Of a stretch of DNA of 64,000 bases, positions 43,546 through 52,593 are shown one piece after another. This stretch comes from an uncultured Verrucomicrobiae bacterium (GTDB taxonomy: Bacteria; Verrucomicrobiota; Verrucomicrobiia; Palsa-1439), in assembly GCA_963812605.1 (NCBI GenBank), contig CAWEWF010000014.1, forward strand, positions 32,001 through 96,000, in the 5' to 3' direction. The notes beneath the pieces were generated by a model. It worked only from the letters and a program-made list of their open reading frames with translations. It had not been told where the DNA came from and did not search any database. Numbering within the stretch: the first letter of the stretch is position 1; each line of letters starts with the position of its first letter. The position numbers and the translations under genes are program-made.

Positions 43546-45381
43546 ATGCCGACACCCGCGACCATGCAAGCGAATACGCAATCCGACTGGACGGTCATCC
43601 GTCGTCTGCTGGCACTGAGTTGGCGCTATCGCGCGGGCTGCATCAAGGTGTTCATTTACCAGTTGGTCCTGCTCTCGATGGGGCTGGCGGGGCTGGGGTT
43701 GACGGGGCTGGGGATTGATTTTGTTCGCTGGCAAATTCACTCGACAGCGACACCGCCGCACTGGCCGTTCGGGCTGGCGCCGCCAGCGGCGTGGTCGCCG
43801 ATGAAGGTGCTCACGGTCATCGCGGCCATCATGTTCACGTTCGCGATCCTGCGAGCGGTGCTGAACTACGTTTACAGCATCGCCGTGGCCGTGCTTGTGG
43901 AGCGGTACATTGTGGTCGAGATGCGGGCGCAGGTCTATGAGAAACTCCAACGGCTCAGCTTTCGCTTTTATGATGCCAACGAGACCGGCTCGATCATCAA
44001 CCGCGTCACCGGCGACTCGCGCGCGGTCGCGAACTTCGTCAACAACGTGTTGATCCAAAGCATCATCATGGTGTTGTCGCTCGTCGTGTTCCTGTCGTAC
44101 ATGCTGACCATTCATGTAAAGCTCACGCTGGCGTGCCTGGCGGTGATTCCGCTGCTCTGGGTGATCGCCGCTGTCTTCTCGCGTGTCGTCCAGCCCGAAT
44201 ATGTCCGCAATCGCGAGCTGGTGGATCGGATGATTCTGCATGTCGCCGAGACCGCACAGGGAATCCAAACGATCAAGGGTTTCGCCCGCGAACGGGAGCA
44301 GAGCGCCATCTTCGCCGCCAGCAACGAAGCCGTGCGCGCGCAACAGCAGACGATTTTCTGGCGCGTGAGCCTGTTTGTGCCGTCGATCGGGATGCTGACG
44401 CAGGTGAGCTTGTTTGTGCTGCTGATTTACGGCGGGCACCTGGTCATCGTGGGCGAATTGCCGTTGGGCACCGGCATGGTCGTGTTCGCGGGACTCTTGC
44501 AGCAGTTCGCGGCGCAAATCGCGAACATCGCGCAAATCGCCAACACCATCCAGCAGAGCCTCACGGGGGCGCGGCGCGTGTTTGAGGTGCTGGACGCGCC
44601 CATCGAAATCGTCAATCCGCCCAATGCGACCCGGCTGGCGCGCGCCAAGGGCGACGTGCGGTTCGAGAGCGTCAGTTTCGGGTACAACGCCGGGGATGAT
44701 CCGGAGTTGCAAGGGGTGACCTTTGAGGTGCGACCAGGCGAGAGCATCGCCATTCTTGGGCCGACTGGCTCGGGCAAGACAACGTTGTTGAGTTTGATCA
44801 CGCGATTCTATGATCCCCAGCGCGGGCGGGTGCTGGTCGACGGCACCGACGTGCGGCGATTTAATCTCGACGATCTGCGCCGCAACGTGGGGTTGGTGTT
44901 CCAGGAGAGTTTTCTTTTCAGCAACACCGTCGCGGCCAATATCGCGTTCGGGCATCCGGATGCGACACGCGACGAGATCGAGCGGGCGGCGAAGATCGCC
45001 GCCGCGCACGAGTTTATCGTGAACCTGCCCAAGGGCTACGACACGCTGCTCGGCGAAGGCGGCAAGGATTTGTCGGGCGGGCAGCGCCAGCGGCTGGCCA
45101 TCGCGCGCGCGTTGTTGCTCGATCCCGCGATCCTGTTGCTCGACGACCCGACGGCAGCGGTCGATCCCGAGACGGAAAAGGAGATTCTCGAAGCGATTGA
45201 GAATGCGATGCGCGGGCGCACCACGTTCATGGTGGCCAACCGCATCAGCACGTTGCGGCGCGCCGACCGCATCCTCGTGCTGGAGGACGGACGGATCGTA
45301 CAGGTCGGCACGCACGAGGAGCTGGTTCGCATTGATGGGCCGTATCGGCGCACGACGGAATTGCAGTTTGCCACCTCATGA
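43546..45381 (+). CDS. ABC exporter subunit (TMD+NBD)
   Basis: GPTGSGKT, LSGGQRQR, LLLDD (degenerate Walker B). Confidence 0.92.
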   Translation: MPTPATMQANTQSDWTVIRRLLALSWRYRAGCIKVFIYQLVLLSMGLAGLGLTGLGIDFVRWQIHSTATPPHWPFGLAPPAAWSPMKVLTVIAAIMFTFAILRAVLNYVYSIAVAVLVERYIVVEMRAQVYEKLQRLSFRFYDANETGSIINRVTGDSRAVANFVNNVLIQSIIMVLSLVVFLSYMLTIHVKLTLACLAVIPLLWVIAAVFSRVVQPEYVRNRELVDRMILHVAETAQGIQTIKGFAREREQSAIFAASNEAVRAQQQTIFWRVSLFVPSIGMLTQVSLFVLLIYGGHLVIVGELPLGTGMVVFAGLLQQFAAQIANIAQIANTIQQSLTGARRVFEVLDAPIEIVNPPNATRLARAKGDVRFESVSFGYNAGDDPELQGVTFEVRPGESIAILGPTGSGKTTLLSLITRFYDPQRGRVLVDGTDVRRFNLDDLRRNVGLVFQESFLFSNTVAANIAFGHPDATRDEIERAAKIAAAHEFIVNLPKGYDTLLGEGGKDLSGGQRQRLAIARALLLDPAILLLDDPTAAVDPETEKEILEAIENAMRGRTTFMVANRISTLRRADRILVLEDGRIVQVGTHEELVRIDGPYRRTTELQFATS

Positions 45382-47207
45382 AAGCGGCCCTGACACAAGT
45401 GCGACAGGAAGACCTGGACGAGTTGAACCTGCGTCCGCTGGAAATGAACTTGATCTGGCGGATGTTCCGGTACACGCAGGCGCACGCGCGCAAACGGAAT
45501 TGGTTGTTCACGCTCGTGATTGTGCGGTCGATTCAATTGCCGATGCTGGCGTGGGCCATCGGCGCGGTGATCAACGGGCCGATTGCCCGGCACGATTCGC
45601 GCGGCGTCATGTGGGGTGCGGTCGGATTCCTGGCGTTCGCGGCAGTGACGCAGTTCTGCTTCCACTTTCGCCAGCGGCTGGCGCTGGAGTTGGGCGAGTC
45701 GGTTCTCCAGGATTTGCGACGCGACATTTTCCAGCATTTGCTGCGGATGCCGATGAGTTTCTACAACCGCACGAAAATCGGGCGCATCATCAGCCGTTAC
45801 ACGTCCGATGCCGAGGCCATGCGGGTCGGCTGGCAGGACGTGTTTTTCATCACGGCGGTCCAGGCAGGACAGATGTTTTTTTCGGCGCTGCTGATGTTGT
45901 GGTACGACCGGGTGCTGTTTCTGGTCGTACTGGCCATGGCACCGGTGTTGGGGGCCATGAATTATCATTTCCGCCGCACGCTGAGCAACGCGAACCGCAA
46001 GGTGCAGGAGAGCTGGAGTCGCGTGACGGCGACCATCGCGGAATCGGTCACGGGAATTCGCGTGACGCAGGGATTCGTGCGGCAGGATGTGAACGCGGGC
46101 CTGTTTACGGACCTGCTGATGGACCATTCGGTTTACAATCTCGGTGTGGCGCGGGCGACGGGTGTGTTTCTGCCGATGCTGGAATTGAACAGCCAGACGT
46201 TCACCGCGGCGCTGCTGGTGCTGGGCGGCTATCGGGTGTTGAGCCCGACGATTCATATGGACGTGGGCAACCTGATCCAGTTCTTTTTTCTCGCCAACCT
46301 GTTTTTCAGTTCCATTCAGCCGCTGGGCAACATGTACAACCAGGCGCTGGCGGCGATGGCGGGGGCGGAGCGCGTTTTCCGTCTGCTCGACACCAAGCCT
46401 GATTGGGAGGAACCGCCGACGGTGCGCGAGTTGCCGCGCATCCGGGGACGCGTCGAGTTTCGCGATGTCAGCTTCGGTTACGTCCCCGATCGGCTGGCGC
46501 TGGACGAAATGAATTTCATCGCTGAACCCGGGCAGACTATCGCGCTCGTCGGTCACACGGGCAGCGGCAAGAGTTCCATCGTCAATCTGATCACAAAATT
46601 CTATCTGCCGGGGGAAGGCGCTGCGCTGATTGACGGGTTCGATACGCGTGATATCCAGGGCGACTCACTGCATCGGCAAATGGGTATCGTCAGCCAGCAG
46701 AATTTCCTGTTTAGCGGCACGGTGATGGATAACATCCGCTTTGGCCGGCCCGCCGCGACCGACGAGGAAGTTGTGGATGCCGTCCGCAAACTGGATTTCC
46801 TCGACGTGATCGGTTCGCTCTCGGCGGGATTCGCGACGGCGGTGGGGGAACGCGGCACGAACCTCTCGCTTGGCCAGCGCCAGCTTATTTGTTTTGCGCG
46901 CGCGATGCTGGCCGACCCGCGCATCTTGATTCTCGATGAGGCCACGAGTTCCGTGGACGCCATGACCGAAGCGCGCATCCAGAAGGCGCTTGTAAGGTTG
47001 TTGCAAGGCCGCACCAGTTTCGTCGTCGCCCACCGCCTCAGCACGATCCGCCATGCCGACCTGGTTCTCGTGCTGAGCCACGGAAAAATCGTGGAACGCG
47101 GCACGCACACGCAGTTGCTGGCGGCGAACGGCACTTATGCGGAATTGTACCGGCAATTCATCCGCGCGACGGGGACGACGCCAAGGCAGACGGTAACAGG
47201 TGTGTAA
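45378..47207 (+). CDS. ABC exporter subunit (TMD+NBD), heterodimer partner
   Basis: GHTGSGKS, LSLGQRQ, ILDEATS, AHRLST; ATGA overlap with the previous gene. Confidence 0.92.
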   Translation: MKAALTQVRQEDLDELNLRPLEMNLIWRMFRYTQAHARKRNWLFTLVIVRSIQLPMLAWAIGAVINGPIARHDSRGVMWGAVGFLAFAAVTQFCFHFRQRLALELGESVLQDLRRDIFQHLLRMPMSFYNRTKIGRIISRYTSDAEAMRVGWQDVFFITAVQAGQMFFSALLMLWYDRVLFLVVLAMAPVLGAMNYHFRRTLSNANRKVQESWSRVTATIAESVTGIRVTQGFVRQDVNAGLFTDLLMDHSVYNLGVARATGVFLPMLELNSQTFTAALLVLGGYRVLSPTIHMDVGNLIQFFFLANLFFSSIQPLGNMYNQALAAMAGAERVFRLLDTKPDWEEPPTVRELPRIRGRVEFRDVSFGYVPDRLALDEMNFIAEPGQTIALVGHTGSGKSSIVNLITKFYLPGEGAALIDGFDTRDIQGDSLHRQMGIVSQQNFLFSGTVMDNIRFGRPAATDEEVVDAVRKLDFLDVIGSLSAGFATAVGERGTNLSLGQRQLICFARAMLADPRILILDEATSSVDAMTEARIQKALVRLLQGRTSFVVAHRLSTIRHADLVLVLSHGKIVERGTHTQLLAANGTYAELYRQFIRATGTTPRQTVTGV

Positions 47208-47364
47208 ATTATAGGGCGTGGACTCCTTCGACCACGAAGCCACGAAGGACACGAAGATTTATGGATAGCATTATCCATAGCCGAGGGTGGCGAGGAGGGA
47301 AACGGGCGGCGGAACTGACGAAAGCGGCTTGTGAATTGTAAAGCGGTGACACTCTAAACTTCGC

Positions 47365-48216
47365 TCAACCGGAAATATGAGCGACTTCCTTCCGTATGTC
47401 TTCGCCAGCGGCCTTAATTCCGTGCGGTATGTCGATCCAGATTATACCCTGAATATCTGAGGGTAGTTCAATAGGTCCCTTTCGTAGCGCAATGACTCGG
47501 CCAGTCTTTCTCCCCATTTGGGCGTAGAAGAATCCAAGCTCGAAGACCACGTTCTGTCGCGCTCTCCGCTTGTCGTCGTCAGTTGCGAGACTAACACCCG
47601 AATCGTCCGGTGTCAGAAGAACGAAGACGCAGTCAATGCGAGACGCGAATTCTTCAAATTTTTCAATGATGGTCTTGCCCCGACTTGGTTGCTCGCGGAG
47701 CACAACTGGTTCTTGCCACTTCAGCGTATTCTGGAGGTAGTCCTTAAGTTCGGTTAGTGTTGCTTCGTCATGCCCGTGAACGATGAATGCTTTCGGAGCC
47801 GGAATGGTCGATAAAACCCCGATCTTTTCGAGGGCCCGAAGTAGAGAATGCGGGCCTTCATCCTTGAATATGAAGGGGATTCCCTGTTCGGACGCCCATT
47901 CGCTCGCCTCGCCCCCCACGATTCCCGACGAAAGCAAGATGAGGGGCATCTTATGGCCGCGATTTTTGACTTCTCGGCACAGTGCGACGCCAGAGAAGAA
48001 ACCTGCCCGTGCTGATTCCGGTGAAATCCCCGATTCCGCGGGATCATTGGGCAGCATCACATCCGAAATTACGCAACCGAAACCTTCGAGAGGCATATGC
48101 AGCGCCTGCTGCACACTTCCAGCGACGACACTTTCAAAGCCGTTATCGGACAAGAGTTCTGTAAGTCGGATGGCGTAATAGTGGTCGTCTTCAACGATCA
48201 GGATTTTCATACGCAT
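47365..48216 (-). CDS. Receiver domain fused to a TIR-like domain (CAP12/PycTIR type)
   Basis: REC: ILIVEDD, ISDVMLP, LLSS, FIFK. TIR: AFIVHGHD, TIIEKFE, VFVLLTPDD, RARQNVVFELGFF, ELPSDIQG. Confidence 0.88.
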   Translation of the reverse strand: MRMKILIVEDDHYYAIRLTELLSDNGFESVVAGSVQQALHMPLEGFGCVISDVMLPNDPAESGISPESARAGFFSGVALCREVKNRGHKMPLILLSSGIVGGEASEWASEQGIPFIFKDEGPHSLLRALEKIGVLSTIPAPKAFIVHGHDEATLTELKDYLQNTLKWQEPVVLREQPSRGKTIIEKFEEFASRIDCVFVLLTPDDSGVSLATDDDKRRARQNVVFELGFFYAQMGRKTGRVIALRKGPIELPSDIQGIIWIDIPHGIKAAGEDIRKEVAHISG

Positions 48217-48217
48217 T

Positions 48218-48634
48218 TTAGAAAGACATTCTTCCAGTTGCTTTCGATTCAATTAACTTCCTCGCCGTGTCTAATGGTGTCTCCCCTTTCCTCAGGTATA
48301 AAATGTTCTGCTTCTTTAGGTCTTCGATCTTCTCCGCATCAGCTATGACCGATAAGCAGATGATCGCGACCCCTCGCCATTGCTGCCGGATCTTACGTAC
48401 AAAGTGGAATCCTGCGGAAGATGAATCGACTCCTGGGAATCCATCACCTGCAGGCATCATTATATCAGTCACGACGACATCGATATGTTGGTGCTGAAGA
48501 ATGTCCCATCCATCTGTCACATTCGTTTTCGAAATGCAATTGTAGCCTCTGGATTCCAAGGAAAGTCGCAATGCCTCACTAAGCCACGGTTCATCGTCGA
48601 CAAAAAGGATAGTATACTTTGCATTGTCATTCAT
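48218..48634 (-). CDS. Single-domain response regulator
   Basis: ILFVDDE, VTDIMMP, ICLSV, YLRK. Confidence 0.88.
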   Translation of the reverse strand: MNDNAKYTILFVDDEPWLSEALRLSLESRGYNCISKTNVTDGWDILQHQHIDVVVTDIMMPAGDGFPGVDSSSAGFHFVRKIRQQWRGVAIICLSVIADAEKIEDLKKQNILYLRKGETPLDTARKLIESKATGRMSF

Positions 48635-49401
48635 GCCATTCGGCTCCGGGGAAAAACAAGCGTAAACTGGGAGGTCTTTCCATTGGTATCGAGTGTCACT
48701 CTGCCCTCGTGAAGTTGCATCACACGCGTCGCCAAGTAGAGACCAATGCCTGTTCCTGCCGGGACTCTCTGTTTGGCAGCCGCACCGCGAACGCCCCGCT
48801 CGAATATCTTTTCCCTTTCTGCTCCGCTTATCGGCATGCCTACACTGGTTACCGAAACCCCAACACCATCCAACTTTTCGGCGCGAACGGTGATTGCAGT
48901 CCTGGCGTCTGCATATTTTACGGCATTCTCCAGGAGGTTGGATATAGCCTGAGCAACCAAGTTCTTCTCTGCCCGTACCTTCCGAGTATCCAAGATGTCC
49001 TTGAATGAGTCGTTGTCGACAATAATATTTTTCTCAACGTCGAAAGCTTGGGGCTGAAAATCATTGGCGAGGTTGATTGCCAGCAGCATCAGGTCAATGG
49101 GTACTTGGTTTCGCATTTGTCCAAGCTGTTCGTCGGCTTCAAGGTTCGACATCAGAGCGAAGTTCTTAATTAAGTGAACCAGAATTGTCGCTTGGGAATA
49201 CACAGAGCGAAGAAGATTTCCTTTGCGAGGCACCGGAATGCTTTCATCCTTGAGCGCTTCAATGCTCCACTTGATGGCCCCTAGCGGCGCGGTCAACTGG
49301 TGAGCAACATTCTGGAGATACATCCTGCTTAGGTCTTTGGAGGATTGAAGTTGTTTTTTTAGGTCTTCGACCTGTTTGCGGAGCTCTTCGATTTCACTCA
49401 T
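48631..49401 (-). CDS. Cytoplasmic histidine kinase without a sensor domain
   Basis: Short coiled coil, H-box AHQLTAPL, N-box NLLENAVKY, F-box IFERG, G2 GTGIGL; AAGGA upstream of the ATG and an in-frame stop further upstream. Confidence 0.88.
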   Translation of the reverse strand: MSEIEELRKQVEDLKKQLQSSKDLSRMYLQNVAHQLTAPLGAIKWSIEALKDESIPVPRKGNLLRSVYSQATILVHLIKNFALMSNLEADEQLGQMRNQVPIDLMLLAINLANDFQPQAFDVEKNIIVDNDSFKDILDTRKVRAEKNLVAQAISNLLENAVKYADARTAITVRAEKLDGVGVSVTSVGMPISGAEREKIFERGVRGAAAKQRVPAGTGIGLYLATRVMQLHEGRVTLDTNGKTSQFTLVFPRSRMA

Positions 49402-49757
49402 AGGAAGTTCCTTAAACTGGATGCTTCTTCACTCGAATCTCGCCCGACACTCGCCTCAGCAACAGCACGGTGCTGCATGCTGGAGTCTACCAAGCGTTTC
49501 GCCGTTCGAGCAAGCCTGGCGAGTATGGAGTTGCGGCAAAGGATCTAGTATTGGTTATCGGTTTACCCTCTTTTCGGTCAAATCGACCTCAAAACGCCAA
49601 TGTTTACGAGCATTTCGTAGAAAAGCTTCCAAACCTTCCAAAGCTTCCAGAGTGCACGCATGCGATTTTGGGCGTTGGGGTAGAGTTGGCATGTGAGTTG
49701 TATGAAGAAGGTTTCCAGTCGCGGTATGACCGAGAGGACTGCCCACAACAACCAGAC

Positions 49758-49781
49758 GGCGCGCGGGACGCACGCCCTACA
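49758..49781 (-). repeat. GTAG-type REP
   Basis: Reverse complement TGTAGGGCGTGCGTCCCGCGCGCC; a related TAGGGCGTG lies at 47212-47220. Confidence 0.6.
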
Positions 49782-49807
49782 ATCGGACCCCAGGAAAGGA
49801 TGTAGTT

Positions 49808-50749
49808 ATGATTCCCAGTGATCTAGTCCCCGCAGCAGAGTCAGCAGAAAACAGGCGGGACGCCTGTTCAGCGAAGATGTTGGCGGCGAATCGGAGGAAT
49901 GCTCGCAGATCCACGGGGCCGCGCACGGCGGAAGGGAAGGCGGCTTCGCGGATGAATGCGGTGAAACATGGAATCCTGTCATCGGAGGTGGTGGTGCGGG
50001 GGTTGCGGATCCAGGAGCGGGAGGATGAGTTCCGGGTGTTGCGCGAACGGTGCTGGAAGAGCCTGGCGCCGGTGGGGCCGGTGGAGGAAATGTTGGTGGA
50101 CAAGATCGTGACAGCGCAATGGCGGTTGCGGCGGGCGTTGCTGGCGGAAACGGGGGAGATCGTTCTGAGCGTGGACGGCGGGCGCTGGGAGCGGTCGAGG
50201 CGGGACCCGATTCCGCTGGTGACGTTTTTGGATGAATTCCATGACGCGTCGGTGGCGATGACCAAGTCGACGCAGGGATTGGAATACCTGAGACATATCC
50301 TGAAGAAAGTCCGCGAGGGTTTGGAACTGGACGGAGAATTGACGGAGAAGACGTGCGAGTGGGTGCGGAGGCGATTCATGAACGAACCAAATGCGATGAC
50401 GCAGGCGCTGGAGGAGTATCGCGCGGAGTTCCTGGCGAATGCGGAGGGGTTGAGTGCGGAGGTGCTGAAGGATCGGCATCGGGTGGCCGTGGAGCGGTAC
50501 ATCGAGTTGAAATTGATCGGCTACGCCGAGTTGAGCGGTGAGCGGAAGGAGCGGGAAGACAAGGAGGAGACGGCGCGGCAGGCGGCGAATGTGTTGCCGT
50601 CGACGGAGGTGCTGGAGAAGATTTTGCGGTATGAGAGCGCGCTGGAGCGGCAGTTGTATCGGGCGATGAACCAGCTTGAGAGGCTGCAACGACGACGGGA
50701 AGGGGAGGATGTTCCCCCACCAGTAACGATGCAGTTATCGCGGGGATGA
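49808..50749 (+). CDS. Conserved hypothetical protein (ANRRNA..STGPRT.EGK family)
   Basis: AANRRNARRSTGPRTAEGKAASRMNAVKHG...LRYESALERQLYRAM. Confidence 0.8.
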   Translation: MIPSDLVPAAESAENRRDACSAKMLAANRRNARRSTGPRTAEGKAASRMNAVKHGILSSEVVVRGLRIQEREDEFRVLRERCWKSLAPVGPVEEMLVDKIVTAQWRLRRALLAETGEIVLSVDGGRWERSRRDPIPLVTFLDEFHDASVAMTKSTQGLEYLRHILKKVREGLELDGELTEKTCEWVRRRFMNEPNAMTQALEEYRAEFLANAEGLSAEVLKDRHRVAVERYIELKLIGYAELSGERKEREDKEETARQAANVLPSTEVLEKILRYESALERQLYRAMNQLERLQRRREGEDVPPPVTMQLSRG

Positions 50750-50833
50750 CGGGGCTTGAAAACATGTGTTTCTGCGAAACGAACCCATTTTGGGGGCGTA
50801 CCGATGAGGTTTGGGAGAGTTCGCCTGCTTTTG

Positions 50834-51079
50834 CTACAGGCGCTTTTTGGCGAAGGATCGGCCTGATGCGGTTTTGAGGTAACGCTCAAAGTCCAAGGCC
50901 GATTGGCGATGGGTAAACGCAATGCAAGTCTTGATACGCCAGGGACGAAACGCTCTCGTGTGAATGGACTTTCCGGAGTTGTGCTCGGCAAGTCGCGCCT
51001 TGAAGTCTTCAGTGAAGCCGGCATAGAAGCGGGTTGGGTCTTTTTCGCTGGCGAGGATGTAGACGTAGTAGAATTTCAT
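50834..51079 (-). CDS. Small GIY-YIG nuclease
   Basis: YVYIL...FYAG.T.D...RL..HN.G...FERYLKT. Confidence 0.9.
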   Translation of the reverse strand: MKFYYVYILASEKDPTRFYAGFTEDFKARLAEHNSGKSIHTRAFRPWRIKTCIAFTHRQSALDFERYLKTASGRSFAKKRL

Positions 51080-51120
51080 GGCTTGCGCGGCTGCCCGCCT
51101 TCGCTTCGCTACGACGCGGC

Positions 51121-51143
51121 AATTTTCGCTCCGAGCGAAAATT
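51121..51143. terminator. Hairpin directly downstream of the tRNA 3' end
   Basis: AATTTTCGCT-CCG-AGCGAAAATT. Confidence 0.5.
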
Positions 51144-51171
51144 GGCGGAGGGGGCGAGATTCGAACTCGCG
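51143..51171 (-). other. 3' fragment of a tRNA (probably Ser), att site of an integrated element
   Basis: Reverse complement CGCGAGTTCGAATCTCGCCCCCTCCGCCA: T-arm, acceptor 3' strand, discriminator G and CCA. The 5' half is absent and the integrase starts 120 bp away. Confidence 0.8.
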
Positions 51172-51290
51172 AGGCCAACATGACCGCACACAATGCAACT
51201 TTACTAGGAAATATGACACTATAGAACGCTATTGACAGGGGTGGACGTTATGATAATCTGTTATGACAAAACGAACAAAGATTATCCCAT

Positions 51291-52485
51291 ATGGCCAGCC
51301 TACACAAAGATCCGCAGGGGCGAAGCAAGTTTTGGTACTGCGCTTTCAGCGAATGGGACGCGGACGAACAACGTTGGCAGCGCCGGTTCCGGTCCACCAA
51401 GACTGCCAACAAAGAACAGGCCCTTCAAATCTGCCGGACATGGGAGCAAGCGGCCAAGACTGCCCAGACAGGCCGACTGACACCCGACCGCGCGCGGGAA
51501 ATCCTCGCCAACGGGCTGGAAGGAATTTTTCTCGCCAGCAATCGCGAGCCCATGAAGCGGTACACGGTCCGGGAGTGGGGGCAGCAATGGCTCGACAGCA
51601 AGTTGATCGAGAACACCCCGCGCACCCATGAGCGATATGCCGGCATCATCACCCGGTTTTATGAGCACCTCGGCGCGAAGGCTGACAGGGACATTGCCGC
51701 TGTGACGGCATCGGAGATCACCGCCTTTCGGGACAAGCTGGCAAAAGAGCTTTCGATCAATACCGCCAACCTTGCCGTGAAGACTTTGCGTGTGTGTTTC
51801 GGTGCCGCCTACAGCAATGACCTTATTACCAGCAATACCGCCGCGAAGGTAAAGAAGTTAAAACTGCCGCGCATGGGGCACCGCCGCGAGTTTAAGCCGG
51901 CGGAAATCCGCCTTCTACTGCAGGCCGCCGGTGACAGTGAATGGCGCGGCATGATTCTGACCGCACTCTATTCCGGGCAACGGCTCGGTGATGTGTCACG
52001 GTTGCGGTGGGGGGACGTGCGGCTGGACACCCGCGAGATCGTCTTTCGCGTCAGTAAAACCAACGAAGTTCTGCCGTTGCCGATGGCGCGCCCGCTGTCC
52101 GACTATCTCGAAAGCTTCCCGTCGAGCGACGACGCCAACAGTTTCCTTTTTCCGAAAGCTGCCGCTTGTACCCGCACCGGGTATGTTGAGCAATCAGTTT
52201 TACAAGGTCATGGAACAAGCCGGGCTCGTACCGCAGCGGAAGAACGTCGACACTGGTAAAGGCCACCGCGAGCGTCGCACAGTCAGTTCCTTGTCCTTCC
52301 ACAGTTTGCGTCATAGCTGTGTGACGTTTCTCAAAGCCGCCGGAGTCAGCGATGCCATCGCGCAAGCCATCGCCGGCCATGCGTCTAGTGCCGTCTCGCG
52401 GATTTACACCCACCTTGACGTGGAAACCCTACGCGGCGCTGTCGCCAAACTGCCGGACGTGACGAAGGATGACGCAAAGCGTTGA
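51291..52485 (+). CDS. Tyrosine integrase; frameshift near 52180
   Basis: SGQRLGD (R), VSKT (K), FHSLRH, AGH, RIYTH across ORFs 51291..52259 and 51988..52485. Confidence 0.9.
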
Positions 52486-52593
52486 ACCCAGATTTCCCAG
52501 ATTCGCTTCACAAGTCAATGTTAGTGACATACAATGAAGCCGCATAAACAAAGGGTGTGATCGATGTTGAAGCGACAAAAAACGGAGAATCCA

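Noticed and set aside
3632-46556. Long antisense ORFs (e.g. 3632..5251, 13635..15437, 26173..27756, 38628..40211, 43378..45315)
   Set aside because: They are shadows of real genes in GC-rich, codon-biased DNA and show no motifs.
47365-48216. CBASS, Pycsar or Thoeris system
   Set aside because: No cyclase, STING or cNMP-binding domain, or ThsA adjacent; the TIR is fused to a receiver instead.
49402-49773. Missing sensor gene upstream of the histidine kinase
   Set aside because: Only short ORFs with no recognisable motif; a decayed gene cannot be excluded.
51143-51230. Intact tRNA gene
   Set aside because: Only the T-arm and acceptor 3' strand are present; there is no matching 5' GGAGGGG, D arm or anticodon arm.
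52150-52200. Programmed frameshift in the integrase
   Set aside because: No clear slippery site at the junction, and similar frameshifts occur throughout the window.
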